Of a DNA stretch of 30,526 nucleotides, positions 18,801 to 25,457 are shown piece after piece; position 1 is the first letter of the stretch, and the number at the start of each line of letters is the position of its first letter. The translations under genes were made by a program, and so were the position numbers. The notes beneath the pieces are model-generated. The model searched no databases, was not told where the DNA came from, and was given only the letters and a program-made list of their open reading frames with translations. The stretch is from IMG/VR virus record IMGVR_UViG_3300032046_000009; one strand, 5' to 3'. The stretch is from a virus (lineage: Duplodnaviria; Heunggongvirae; Uroviricota; Caudoviricetes).

Positions 18801-19742
18801 AAATGTTTCTGTACCGAAACCATAAGTTGTATATGTGGCTATTATCAAGTGAACCCTGTCGGGTGTTTCAGAATTCGCTTCATTAACTCTCTGGGTTCCA
18901 TTTTCTATAATTGAAATACTTCCGCCAATTTTCTTCCAGATTTGGGATTTTGTAATAGGTACAGCACCAGATTGTTCACCAGAATAATAATCGGAAGCCC
19001 CACCTACACCACAATCAAACCACCAATGTTTGTCTCCACCCCAACTATCGCCAATATTGGCATATGCTACTCCTTTGTCAGTAACATCGTTATACGCCGT
19101 ATGATGAAGACTATGCCCAGCACCAAAAATTTCGCCGTTAACGGCAGAGTCGTGAACCAATGTAAAGGCTGTTGCTGGTGCTCCGTAAGCATGTTCAATA
19201 ATCCATGTTGTAGGCAAACTAAGTCCTGTCTTCGAGTGAAAACCAACACCATCCCACCAATGAGAAGTCGCCATGTTAGTAACTTCGAGAACATGAGTTG
19301 TAGCATTAATAGAATATACTGGTGTTCCATCCACACTTATCCATCTATTCGTATTAAGAGTCACATTGTCAAATGGGTCGCCGAATATGAAGGTGGCATC
19401 GAAGTCTGATGTTGTTGTTTGAGCAGTTTTACCATAATAAATGTAAATAGTTGCATTAGATTCTAAAGTATCATTCACTTTAAACCAGAAATAAGCAAAA
19501 TTGGAATTTGTTTTTGATTCCAACCAACAACTTAGAACGGTATTTCCATCATTGTCTGTAAATCGTACATCTCCAAAATCTGTGGCGCATTTGGTTGCCA
19601 GATTTATTTCATCATTATTAGCCGCCGCGCTATCGTAGAGAACTTTCACTCTTTTACAATAACCAAGTCCAGCACCAGCACTAGCCGTAATCAAATGGGA
19701 CTTTCTGTATGTCCAACCAACGAGCCAATTTTCACCCGACAT
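12879..19742 (-). CDS. 2287-aa modular fibre/adhesin-like protein (3 DUF2341-like modules, glycosidase-like beta-propeller, repeat shaft)
   Basis: Three copies of W-x-(Y/W)-(R/K)...C-x-TDF-x-D-(V/I)-RF...L-x-x-WL-x-(E)...FW...IY(V/I)(Y/W)YGN. Asp/Pro blade motifs (VRDPTV, TSPCIM, LVPCVF). About 39 copies of a TKTDSIDVLFKKLGI-type repeat. No obvious signal peptide. Confidence 0.8.
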   Translation of the reverse strand: MSGENWLVGWTYRKSHLITASAGAGLGYCKRVKVLYDSAAANNDEINLATKCATDFGDVRFTDNDGNTVLSCWLESKTNSNFAYFWFKVNDTLESNATIYIYYGKTAQTTTSDFDATFIFGDPFDNVTLNTNRWISVDGTPVYSINATTHVLEVTNMATSHWWDGVGFHSKTGLSLPTTWIIEHAYGAPATAFTLVHDSAVNGEIFGAGHSLHHTAYNDVTDKGVAYANIGDSWGGDKHWWFDCGVGGASDYYSGEQSGAVPITKSQIWKKIGGSISIIENGTQRVNEANSETPDRVHLIIATYTTYGFGTETFSAFKIRPFVASEPANSTWGNEEVRKTVTDSIDVQIASRKVARWLANWTYRRFNQINPATGAGTDYQKRMVAKYDGNWENIRFATEGVAISPPDGTEFISGQTATYWDGQELHVWVGISDDGFSDTDKIYYMKSGPPFTTWTTPVCVIDLTGSGVGVRDPTVYIEGSDIYLFLQGYTTSGSKSGPIKLYKTTISSDFNLVGSYTYIGDPVDVGADHSYDEMSTTSPCIMKDGSTYYMMYECNDENGVYSIGRAITTDIEDCPWTKDGQLDDSDGDPIVNPFANTEALVPCVFHDTTHMYIHIARPSAGKLTLRAITGDFAGNSVALETYDLDPQIDGYYNHNALSETVVDANGFRDRTVYLLGAWSTATYYLRVYIDYDCFSCNTNCQTDFDDIRFTTGDGQTLLDYWLEQKTNSDYAIFWVEIPDSLESDAFNMYVYYGNSSATSLSDPAVSSLWNLGDNFNDNSKDAKWTEGEYHSDGAGLGSVDEVNNQLEISALKSADEAWYVSTDVVDASGCVIRLRTTNAQNLGQMGLWIIPTQYTNVDLWTQLDWYRVLIYGDGNIYIQSKDSGTLYSASFLATTDVVIIKIVGGHIYFYEQDKDYPWLVYLRADEAYTLADTDVYVYLEGKCDNGAKLGPEIHDDFFSRKMIATEPAQGAWEEEETENSHSIDVIFKMVAIPVTTSIDTVFKKLGITKTDSIDVLFGKLGLTETYSIDVILKSGITTKYITYDIDTLLAKQGLTKTDSIDALFKKLGVTKTNSIDVIFKRLILIKTYSTDILFKKGGIVKIDSIDVLFKKIGITKAYPIDVEIASRLISTDSIDILFKITGITKIDSIDILFKKLAIPITDSIDVMLKKLKVTKTDSIDVLLQKSGIIKTDSIDILFKKLEITSIYPIDIEIASRLISIDSIDTLFEKTGVVITDSIDTLFKKIGVVVTDSIDVLFEASGITKTNSIDVLFKKLGLTTTDSIDTLLKILGVIIPYDIDVLTALRFTSTDDIDVLFKKLDITKIDSVDTLFKKLGITNAKQIDVILSKYSATITDQIDVLLQKQGLTVVDSIDVLFKKLGVTKTNLIDVQTALRQTTTDSIDALLQKLGLTRTDDMDILLKRLSIIVNQNWMWKKGLTINYASNAGTNYPVCIKVYYGNGTDGTESFGNETRAKVYLNGECRTDFGDVRFKSEDGKTDLDYWLAEKVNGNYALFWVEVKEDLSTVNRTIYIWYGNPNVTTTSNGFNTFSWFDDFETLKTGSGDKLWTVNGVVVLDTSYVYEKIKGIECGQEVSSYNGYLDNRFAQNQTMGKTAIMFYDRMEALAEEGWLVWDNNTTARYVGVGEFQSATKYVYNNGTGWLTSTVNRIVGWHLLEIEHTNLTYFYIDGVQLANTGVKLTNAMRTMIGAVLATTRKKMYFDAFWHRKCVRPEPAFGSWTSKSRVEGSYDIDVLLKRLNISTIRFDHHGSGKCATGQSSWSWTHIIGGDANLVVIAVTRTGQNIVSVKVGGQNATYLTRFTDQYGNVYLEFWYKYSPLVGTQTITVTLGGTGNSIQYKGASCSYANTVISGTPDYHMAYGSGPWTPATETNTITLPKGKEELFEAICLYGPEVPVTQQWLTGQTARDSITESGASCIQLFTADKLAGASGNYMEQGRTVDSGKMILWLYGILGLRPKYSYDIDVLFKKLGLTKTDSIDTLLRKLGIMIPYDIDVVLKKLSVIKTYLADLIMKKLGIEIPYYLDVLFKRNEIANGYLIDAFLSSLKINKEYLVDSLIEKLGITQNTGIDVLLVKLEKVKIGGGHPEEIDRRISEGIVKYIERNFNFKVIALKVVSIRHQQKIPTKELQIAQKVESKKPVSELKVIGKSSHSNRTAELDVAKSYSQSTSLNELAIAKECSQSTSLTELAVAKEQSYSITLVELQLSKEQIVGFGIDPLNILSERGMTFTSAGLDIVSNNTFSFFIEPLSTRKKKMTKRELMDLLDKLDELDE
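13060..13290 (-). repeat. Second 15-aa repeat type (ELAIAKECSQSTSL-like, about 5 units) near the fibre C-terminus
   Basis: SELKVIGKSSHSNRT / AELDVAKSYSQSTSL / NELAIAKECSQSTSL / TELAVAKEQSYSITL / VELQLSKEQ. Confidence 0.75.
13464..13829 (-). repeat. Eight degenerate 15-aa shaft repeats
   Basis: RPKYSYDIDVLFKKLGL through TQNTGIDVLLVKLEK, 122 aa. Confidence 0.85.
15468..16811 (-). repeat. 30-unit coding repeat array, 45-nt units with a 267-nt higher-order period
   Basis: Consensus TKTDSIDVLFKKLGI. Units 10, 16, 22 and 28 are 14-aa variants whose last codons fall at about 16359, 16092, 15825 and 15558, exactly 267 nt apart. Confidence 0.95.
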
Positions 19743-19785
19743 AGCGTATCCTCTATTTTATCCTTGATAACAAGATTAAAAGGAG

Positions 19786-19793
19786 TATTTAAA
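19786..19793 (-). promoter_or_regulatory. Archaeal BRE/TATA upstream of the fibre gene
   Basis: GAAAACTTTAAATA on the minus strand, followed by a GAGG SD-like motif before the ATG at 19742. Confidence 0.65.
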
Positions 19794-19834
19794 GTTTTCG
19801 GTCAGATTTAACAAAAGATGTATTTTGTTATTAT

Positions 19835-20545
19835 TTAAAGATTATCAGACAATTCAAATGTTCCATCTTCGTTTATGAATATTACTTGTTTACTATTCTT
19901 TCCTTCAATTGTAGTTTGATACCCAAGAAGATATACCAATGTTCTCATATCATCCTCAAGCATTTGAATATATCGAACGTATTCTTTGTTACATTTTGGA
20001 CATTTGAAATAATGTTCTTCAGACCCCGCTTTCTTCAATTCATTTATGAGCGTATCTTTACATTCTGGGCAAACTATAGCATTGAACGAACCACATTTTG
20101 GACATACCCCAAGAGAATATTTCTTTCCAGCCCATTCTTGGATAATATTATTAGAATGCACGAGAAGCCCAATTTCCGTCTTAGCCCCCTCTTTATAACC
20201 ACTCATAAATTGCCAATCGTACCCACATTTGTTACAATGTAGATATGAGAAGACGTGGATTTTGTTTCTCCGAACAAAAATAAGTCGTTGATTCTCTTGA
20301 AGTTTCATCATAAAATATGGCAAATTCTCAACTTCGCGCGCTACTATAAATCCCTTCATTCTATTTGCACTTAAAGCTAATGCTGTTGTGAATGGAAAAA
20401 TCCCAAACTTGTCCAATTTGCTCTGGTCTATGTCCACAAAATTATTCTCTTTTCCATTTTCAATATCGAACTGTGGAAGACAAGTATTATCCTTATAAAA
20501 TGCTATCCAGAAATAGACCAACGGATGAAATGTTTCATTAGTCAT
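19835..20545 (-). CDS. Hypothetical virus-type protein with four CxxC pairs (Zn-ribbon insert)
   Basis: CNKC, CPKC, CPEC and CPKC lie between an N-terminal WIAFYKD...LPQFD...F-x-DID part and a C-terminal YLLGYQ...IFINEDG part. I recall this frame from uncharacterised phage proteins found next to tail genes. Confidence 0.6.
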   Translation of the reverse strand: MTNETFHPLVYFWIAFYKDNTCLPQFDIENGKENNFVDIDQSKLDKFGIFPFTTALALSANRMKGFIVAREVENLPYFMMKLQENQRLIFVRRNKIHVFSYLHCNKCGYDWQFMSGYKEGAKTEIGLLVHSNNIIQEWAGKKYSLGVCPKCGSFNAIVCPECKDTLINELKKAGSEEHYFKCPKCNKEYVRYIQMLEDDMRTLVYLLGYQTTIEGKNSKQVIFINEDGTFELSDNL

Positions 20546-20578
20546 GACGAATCACTAATGAATAAAACGTTCTACTAC

Positions 20579-20586
20579 TATATAAA
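20579..20586 (-). promoter_or_regulatory. Archaeal TATA box
   Basis: TTTATATA on the minus strand, 33 nt upstream of the ATG at 20545. Confidence 0.6.
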
Positions 20587-20657
20587 CATTACGGTGAAAA
20601 AAGGATGTTGCCCATGTGATTAGGACTTAATTGGGAGATTGAATTCTCAACAGGTGT

Positions 20658-21284
20658 CTAACTTTCGTCATATTGCCAAGTGAGGGTCTTAGTGTGTTGT
20701 GTTCCCTGAACAGCGTCATAGCAAACTTTGGCTTGTAAGCAAATCATCTTGCTCTTTCCAGCCGTATTATGCGTACCGCTGTCAACCACGGGGGCACTAC
20801 CAGATGTGTCGTCATTTACATCCAATTCTGAGGTTGTTTGTCCGCTATAGAACGTATGTGAAACACTAATTGGGTTGCCAGTTGTTCCAGCACTTCCAAC
20901 TGCGACAATATAATTTGCCGCCGCGCATCCTATGTCACCAGCATCCATGTTTCCACGATAAAGTCCGCCGCCTGTGCCTGTAGTCCAGTAATCCCCAGAT
21001 GGTGTATTAATGTCACCAGCGGAATAGTGCTTTATGTTTGTTATAATAAAGCCTGAACCAGCTATATCCAGACAAACGTGCTTCCAATAGCTATAGTTGA
21101 AATCTCCCGCACCATAGCCAGCACCAGCACCCGAAGGTATAATAACTGGATTGGTTGTCTGCGCGGTTGTTTGGTTCGTGAAAGCATCCGTGGTCATTAG
21201 ACGAACTCTGTTCGTTACGGTCTGATAGGTAGGATTTGCGTCAGTTCCACCTGTTACTTCTTGAACAACGACTGTCGCTACGAT
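20658..21284 (-). CDS. Putative virion structural (tail-region) protein; probably starts upstream of the annotated ATG at 21197
   Basis: The frame is open from 21323. The segment (I)VATVVVQEVTGGTDANPTYQTVTNRVRL precedes MTTDAF... and continues into NPVIIP...NYSYWKH, a pattern I recall from phage/archaeal-virus structural proteins starting M-x-ATV-x-x-QE. Beta-rich and G/T-rich composition. Confidence 0.55.
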   Translation of the reverse strand: MVATVVVQEVTGGTDANPTYQTVTNRVRLMTTDAFTNQTTAQTTNPVIIPSGAGAGYGAGDFNYSYWKHVCLDIAGSGFIITNIKHYSAGDINTPSGDYWTTGTGGGLYRGNMDAGDIGCAAANYIVAVGSAGTTGNPISVSHTFYSGQTTSELDVNDDTSGSAPVVDSGTHNTAGKSKMICLQAKVCYDAVQGTQHTKTLTWQYDES

Positions 21285-21334
21285 TTTCTCATTCCTCTTG
21301 TCATTTAAGACAATGTAGATAAACTAAAAAGAAG

Positions 21335-21342
21335 TATATAAA
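21335..21342 (-). promoter_or_regulatory. Archaeal TATA box
   Basis: GAAAGATTTATATA on the minus strand, upstream of the structural gene. Confidence 0.6.
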
Positions 21343-21366
21343 TCTTTCTATTCTATTTAACACTTT

Positions 21367-21798
21367 TTAGTTTTCTTTGTTTTCTATTCGTTTTATCTGA
21401 TTACAGTTAGCGCAAAGAAGTTGAAACTCTTCTGGATGACTCAAAACATATTTAAAGAACTTAACTGCATTCATTATTCCTCTTTGTTGATGCCCACCAC
21501 CGTTGATATGGTCGATTTGAAAGCCTCTGGGGTCTGAAAACCCACAACGAACACACTTTCCGCCGAGCAATTGAAAGACTTCGACTTTATACTTTTCAAC
21601 AAGTTTCTGATAGTAAATATGTCTATGACTCTTGAATTTGTCTGTTTTAGAATATGCACGTTCATATATTCGTTTTTCTTCTCGTTGTTCCTTTGTCATA
21701 TTCCGTTTGTACTCTTTTTGTTGAGATTTGATTTCATCCCTGTGTCTGGCGTAATATCTTTGATGCCTATTTTCTGGGTGTTCGAACTTGAATACCAT
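21367..21798 (-). CDS. Free-standing HNH (His-Me finger) endonuclease
   Basis: CVRCG...QIDHINGGG...FQLLCANCNQIKR, with a basic Y/K/R-rich N-terminus. Confidence 0.85.
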   Translation of the reverse strand: MVFKFEHPENRHQRYYARHRDEIKSQQKEYKRNMTKEQREEKRIYERAYSKTDKFKSHRHIYYQKLVEKYKVEVFQLLGGKCVRCGFSDPRGFQIDHINGGGHQQRGIMNAVKFFKYVLSHPEEFQLLCANCNQIKRIENKEN

Positions 21799-21831
21799 TT
21801 TGTATCACAAGAAATAACATAGTCAATCGAC

Positions 21832-21839
21832 TATATAAA
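21832..21839 (-). promoter_or_regulatory. Archaeal TATA box of the HNH gene
   Basis: GAAACGTTTATATA on the minus strand, 33 nt upstream of the ATG at 21798. Confidence 0.6.
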
Positions 21840-21858
21840 CGTTTCGCTTGACTTTAAT

Positions 21859-21873
21859 AAAAAAAAGAAAAAA
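21859..21873 (-). terminator. Oligo-T archaeal-type terminator after the portal operon
   Basis: On the minus strand, a T-run, one C and a T8 run follow one base after the TAA of the 125-aa gene. Confidence 0.65.
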
Positions 21874-21874
21874 C

Positions 21875-22252
21875 TTAGGATTTATAGATGTAGTAGCCTA
21901 TTATGTTGATTTTGCCAGCTTTTATGATGTCGTCTTTTGTTGGGTTGACGGGCACGGGGAAAACGATTGTCATTTGTGTTGGTCGATTAGGATACACCCA
22001 AGATGAGGAAAGAATTATTTGAACCCTGCTGTCATCAAATGATATTCCAGTTATACCATAGTCGTATGGAGATTTGTTCTTTATCCAGACTGTGATTGTT
22101 GCTTTATCTCCACCACGAGCGGTATTAGGAAGAATTTTTTCTGTTCCATCTGCAAGTTTTATCTTTATAGAATTGCTCCACCCAATAGTAGAAATTGGTT
22201 GGGTGCACGGTTCATCAGCGTAGATTTGTAAGTTATCTATTTGCTCAGACAT
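21875..22252 (-). CDS. Hypothetical beta-rich (Ig-like) protein
   Basis: Clean 125-aa ORF coupled to the portal gene. IY-x-D-x-x-CT-x-x-I-x-x-I-x-W...V-W-I-K-N pattern; function unknown. Confidence 0.6.
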   Translation of the reverse strand: MSEQIDNLQIYADEPCTQPISTIGWSNSIKIKLADGTEKILPNTARGGDKATITVWIKNKSPYDYGITGISFDDSRVQIILSSSWVYPNRPTQMTIVFPVPVNPTKDDIIKAGKINIIGYYIYKS

Positions 22253-22254
22253 TT

Positions 22255-24840
22255 CTACTCATCTTCCTTGAGTTTCTTATCCATTTTTTCTAATATTTCC
22301 TTTTTCTTTTTTCGAAGGTCAGATTCCTCTTTCTTTTTCTCTGGGTCTTCTATGAGTGTTAAATCTTGTTTAATTTTGACTTCGACCTCTTGCTTCTCAG
22401 TTTTAATTGGCTCTGTCTTGATAGTAACCTCATGTTCGGTTTTGCTAGGTTGGTCAATATGAATGTTTACATCGACCTTCTGTGGCTCTTGCTTTACTGG
22501 TTCTGGGATGCTTTCTTGAACCTCATGTTCTACTACATCTGGGGGATTTTCTACACCAGTTCTCTTTGAAACTTCTGCAACAATCTCTGTACATTTTCTT
22601 GCATAGACATCTGGATTAATTCCAAGTTTCTTAACGAACTTTGATTCGAAACTTGTAGCCATTCGTTCAGCTTCTTTAAACGAGTATCCCATATCCTGTT
22701 CAAAGATGTATTCCAAGATTTCACGAGCGATTATTGGTTTGTAAAACTCTACTGGAATGAGTGGGTCCATATAAATCTTTGTAAGGTCCGCATTATATCT
22801 GGCAATATATCCATCATCGCCAGACAGTTCTACAACCTCTATTGTTATTCCAGCGAACTCTTCTTTTGAAGCTGTGCTAGGAGAATTGAATGGATTAGCA
22901 ATTATAAAAGTATCGCCAACTTTTGTTGCTTGAGGAATTGTTTCTTCTATCAAAGATTCTTTTACCGATTCTTGTACTTGTCTTTTAGCTTCTGCTGGGG
23001 TTCTTGTACTTCCTCTAGGTGGGGTTTCTTTTGCACCAACTTTTTGTTTATTCATGCCAGCTTCTTGACGCTTCTGTTGTTTCTCAGCACTTGGCGGAGA
23101 AGGTGGTCCCATAGTTTTGTCGCCCTTCTCTTCTGGGGCTTTAGGCTGTTGCATATTCTTTATTTGTGCGTTCCGTTGTTCCTTCTTAAATGCTTCATCC
23201 TCTTCTTGTTTCTTCTTCAATTCAGCCATATATTCCTCTTGAGATGGAAGAATAACTTCCCATCCTCTGGTTTTCACAATATCGCGTTCAACTTCGAGTT
23301 TAGTTTGTGGCATTACTGGATTAGCCGCATTGAGAATATCTATGTCTAACTTCAAACGGTCTGCTGGGTTAAGCAAGTCCTCTGTCATTGCTCTTATTGT
23401 TGGAATCCATGTAGGCTCGTTATACCCACCTTGTTTGCTCTTCTTTTCACCATATTTTGCCCATATATGTAATCGGAAAAGTTGTGTTCTTATTTGATTT
23501 AACATTTCTTGCTTCAATCTTATATGTGAAGAATATGAAAAATCAGTTACATTTCTTCCTTCACGAACATCTAATCCAAGAACAGATGCATTAACATGCA
23601 TAATGCCAGCGATAACCCTCAAAAAGTAATTGATGGCGTTTTGTGCTTCGAAAACTTGTCCACCAGCTTCCTTCAAATCAAACCCCGCTGGAACTGGAAT
23701 TGTTGACCAGTTTTTCTCAGATGCGTCCTTGATTTGTGATAACAAGTTACGAATGTGTATAGCTCCCCACGGTCTATCCTTAGTGCCACAGATTATGAAG
23801 TATTTCTTGTTGCCCGCGCGATAGATTCCTTCGCCAACTGCATTCATAATTTTCTCAAGCAGTTGAGCAGTTTTCATAGCTGGAAGAATTATGCTCGGTC
23901 CTTTTTCTAGCCAATTTCTTCGAGTTACTGAGAGAGAGAATATCTGCCACGGGAGAAAATACGCGGATGGTTTAACAAGTGCCTGTTTTGAACCTACTAT
24001 AGTTGACCTTACTAAATCTGCACTTGTAAGTTGCATAGGTGTACCTTGTTGAAGATTCTTCTGAGAAGATGAAGTCATACCAGCTTGAGCACCAGCTACG
24101 TTAGGCTGGTCGAGAACCCAATAATCGGCTTCCCATGTTCTACCTTTTCTATAGAGTCTCAATCTTGTAGGTGCATCAAGAAAGATTTTCAATCTAGATA
24201 TTCCTTTCAAGTCACTCCATATTGGGTCTGTAATTTCATAAGATGTATAATCAGATTTTGCAAGTTTCCCACCCTCTTGAGACATCGATGAGGATGTTAT
24301 TGGCTTGGCATATTTTGAAAAGTAGTCTTCATCAGTTTCATAAACTATTTCAGCGGCGGCAAACCCGTCAGTAAGAGCATTATCAACAAGAATGTTAAGC
24401 AAAGAATTTAGACCGATAGTATAAACGTCTTGGTAAATATTATCCATCCATTGTTGAAGTTCTTTCTTTACATCTTTCTGATGTGAGTCAGTTATATCGT
24501 TAAGCACAACATCAATGCCGCTTCCAAGAATAATGTCTTTGATATATTCAACACAAGCGGATATAGGACCAAATCTTTCCCTCAATCGGCGACATTCGGT
24601 TAGGTCATCTACTTTTTCACCAGTTGGTTTAAAAAGTTGTCCACCCTCAACCTTAAATGCTCCATCGCCAGACTCACTAATGACCACATAACCATCATGG
24701 AATGTTTCCTCAAGAATTTCCTCTTTGCTCTTTCCAGTTTTTTGTACCTCATCAATGATATATTCACGTAAATCACGAGTGTTAAAATTGGCTGGATTGC
24801 GCTTTATGGCTTTCCTAGTCTTTGTGCTCATGCATAACAC
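22255..24840 (-). CDS. Portal-like protein with long C-terminal extension (probable start at ATG 24831)
   Basis: About 450-aa core with portal-like segments (ISACVEYIKDIILGSGIDV, LTDGFAAAEI, GPSIILPA, FLRVIAGIMHVNASVLG), followed by Q/K/E/P-rich linkers and an extra domain. The GTG at 24840 lies inside an AGGTG SD-like motif. Assignment is by recalled resemblance only. Confidence 0.65.
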   Translation of the reverse strand: MLCMSTKTRKAIKRNPANFNTRDLREYIIDEVQKTGKSKEEILEETFHDGYVVISESGDGAFKVEGGQLFKPTGEKVDDLTECRRLRERFGPISACVEYIKDIILGSGIDVVLNDITDSHQKDVKKELQQWMDNIYQDVYTIGLNSLLNILVDNALTDGFAAAEIVYETDEDYFSKYAKPITSSSMSQEGGKLAKSDYTSYEITDPIWSDLKGISRLKIFLDAPTRLRLYRKGRTWEADYWVLDQPNVAGAQAGMTSSSQKNLQQGTPMQLTSADLVRSTIVGSKQALVKPSAYFLPWQIFSLSVTRRNWLEKGPSIILPAMKTAQLLEKIMNAVGEGIYRAGNKKYFIICGTKDRPWGAIHIRNLLSQIKDASEKNWSTIPVPAGFDLKEAGGQVFEAQNAINYFLRVIAGIMHVNASVLGLDVREGRNVTDFSYSSHIRLKQEMLNQIRTQLFRLHIWAKYGEKKSKQGGYNEPTWIPTIRAMTEDLLNPADRLKLDIDILNAANPVMPQTKLEVERDIVKTRGWEVILPSQEEYMAELKKKQEEDEAFKKEQRNAQIKNMQQPKAPEEKGDKTMGPPSPPSAEKQQKRQEAGMNKQKVGAKETPPRGSTRTPAEAKRQVQESVKESLIEETIPQATKVGDTFIIANPFNSPSTASKEEFAGITIEVVELSGDDGYIARYNADLTKIYMDPLIPVEFYKPIIAREILEYIFEQDMGYSFKEAERMATSFESKFVKKLGINPDVYARKCTEIVAEVSKRTGVENPPDVVEHEVQESIPEPVKQEPQKVDVNIHIDQPSKTEHEVTIKTEPIKTEKQEVEVKIKQDLTLIEDPEKKKEESDLRKKKKEILEKMDKKLKEDE

Positions 24841-24870
24841 CTATTACATAATACATAATACAAACGGATA

Positions 24871-24878
24871 TATAAAGG
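24871..24878 (-). promoter_or_regulatory. Archaeal TATA box of the portal operon
   Basis: TTTATATA on the minus strand, 39 nt upstream of ATG 24831. Confidence 0.6.
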
Positions 24879-24899
24879 TTATGGTTCACTTTAACAGAA

Positions 24900-25457
24900 T
24901 TATTGACGTTTTTTACGCCCTTTTTCATCCTTTTTGATTGACTTTGCCAATTCCTTCAATGGGGGAATCTTAGTCCAATCATTAAGTTTGCTTTCTGTAG
25001 CGGCTACTATTGTTGGTTTTCCGTCAATCATTTCCATTATGTATTCTCCATAGGGGTCTGGAAGAGTGATTTTACGTGGCAAATCATAAAGTTCTGCTGG
25101 ACGTTTGCCTTCTTGAATCCATAGAATAGTTTGATAAGCACATAGAAGATTCCATATCGCCGCTATAAGATGGTTCTCATCATTTCGTCCATCGATAACT
25201 TGCGCGGCATGACGTATAGCTGAGTCCAAAAAAGACTTTACTGGCAAACCTTTTTCCCAATTTCGGTCCCCGTACTTTTCACAACCTTTCTGATAATGAA
25301 TGGCAATTGCTCGAATAACAGCCCACGGCAAAAGGTCAAACCGACCTTTCCCAATAGCCATATCTCTAACTGCACCTGTTCCAAATTCTCTACGTGAACC
25401 AGAATCCTTAATTTCATAATCAGATTTTCCTTCAGGTTCTTTTGGTGGTTTTCTCAT
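24900..25457 (-). CDS. DUF5664 / dATP-dGTP diphosphohydrolase-like protein
   Basis: REFGTGAVRD...GKGRFDLLP...KYGDRNWEKG...SAIRH...DENHLIAAIWN, the characteristic family signature. Confidence 0.88.
   Translation of the reverse strand: MRKPPKEPEGKSDYEIKDSGSRREFGTGAVRDMAIGKGRFDLLPWAVIRAIAIHYQKGCEKYGDRNWEKGLPVKSFLDSAIRHAAQVIDGRNDENHLIAAIWNLLCAYQTILWIQEGKRPAELYDLPRKITLPDPYGEYIMEMIDGKPTIVAATESKLNDWTKIPPLKELAKSIKKDEKGRKKRQ

Noticed and set aside
12879-19742. N-x-S/T sequons in the fibre as evidence that it is the glycosylation target
   Set aside because: About 16 were spotted by eye, roughly what the Asn/Ser/Thr content would give by chance, and none fall in the main repeat array. Not informative.
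24841-24862. Short ATACATA direct repeat upstream of the portal gene
   Set aside because: Only two 7-nt copies in an AT-rich spacer; not distinguishable from chance.
24900-25457. Calling this a 2-aminoadenine (Z-genome) virus
   Set aside because: No purZ or dedicated polymerase is in the window, and DUF5664 alone is not diagnostic. Kept only as a hypothesis.
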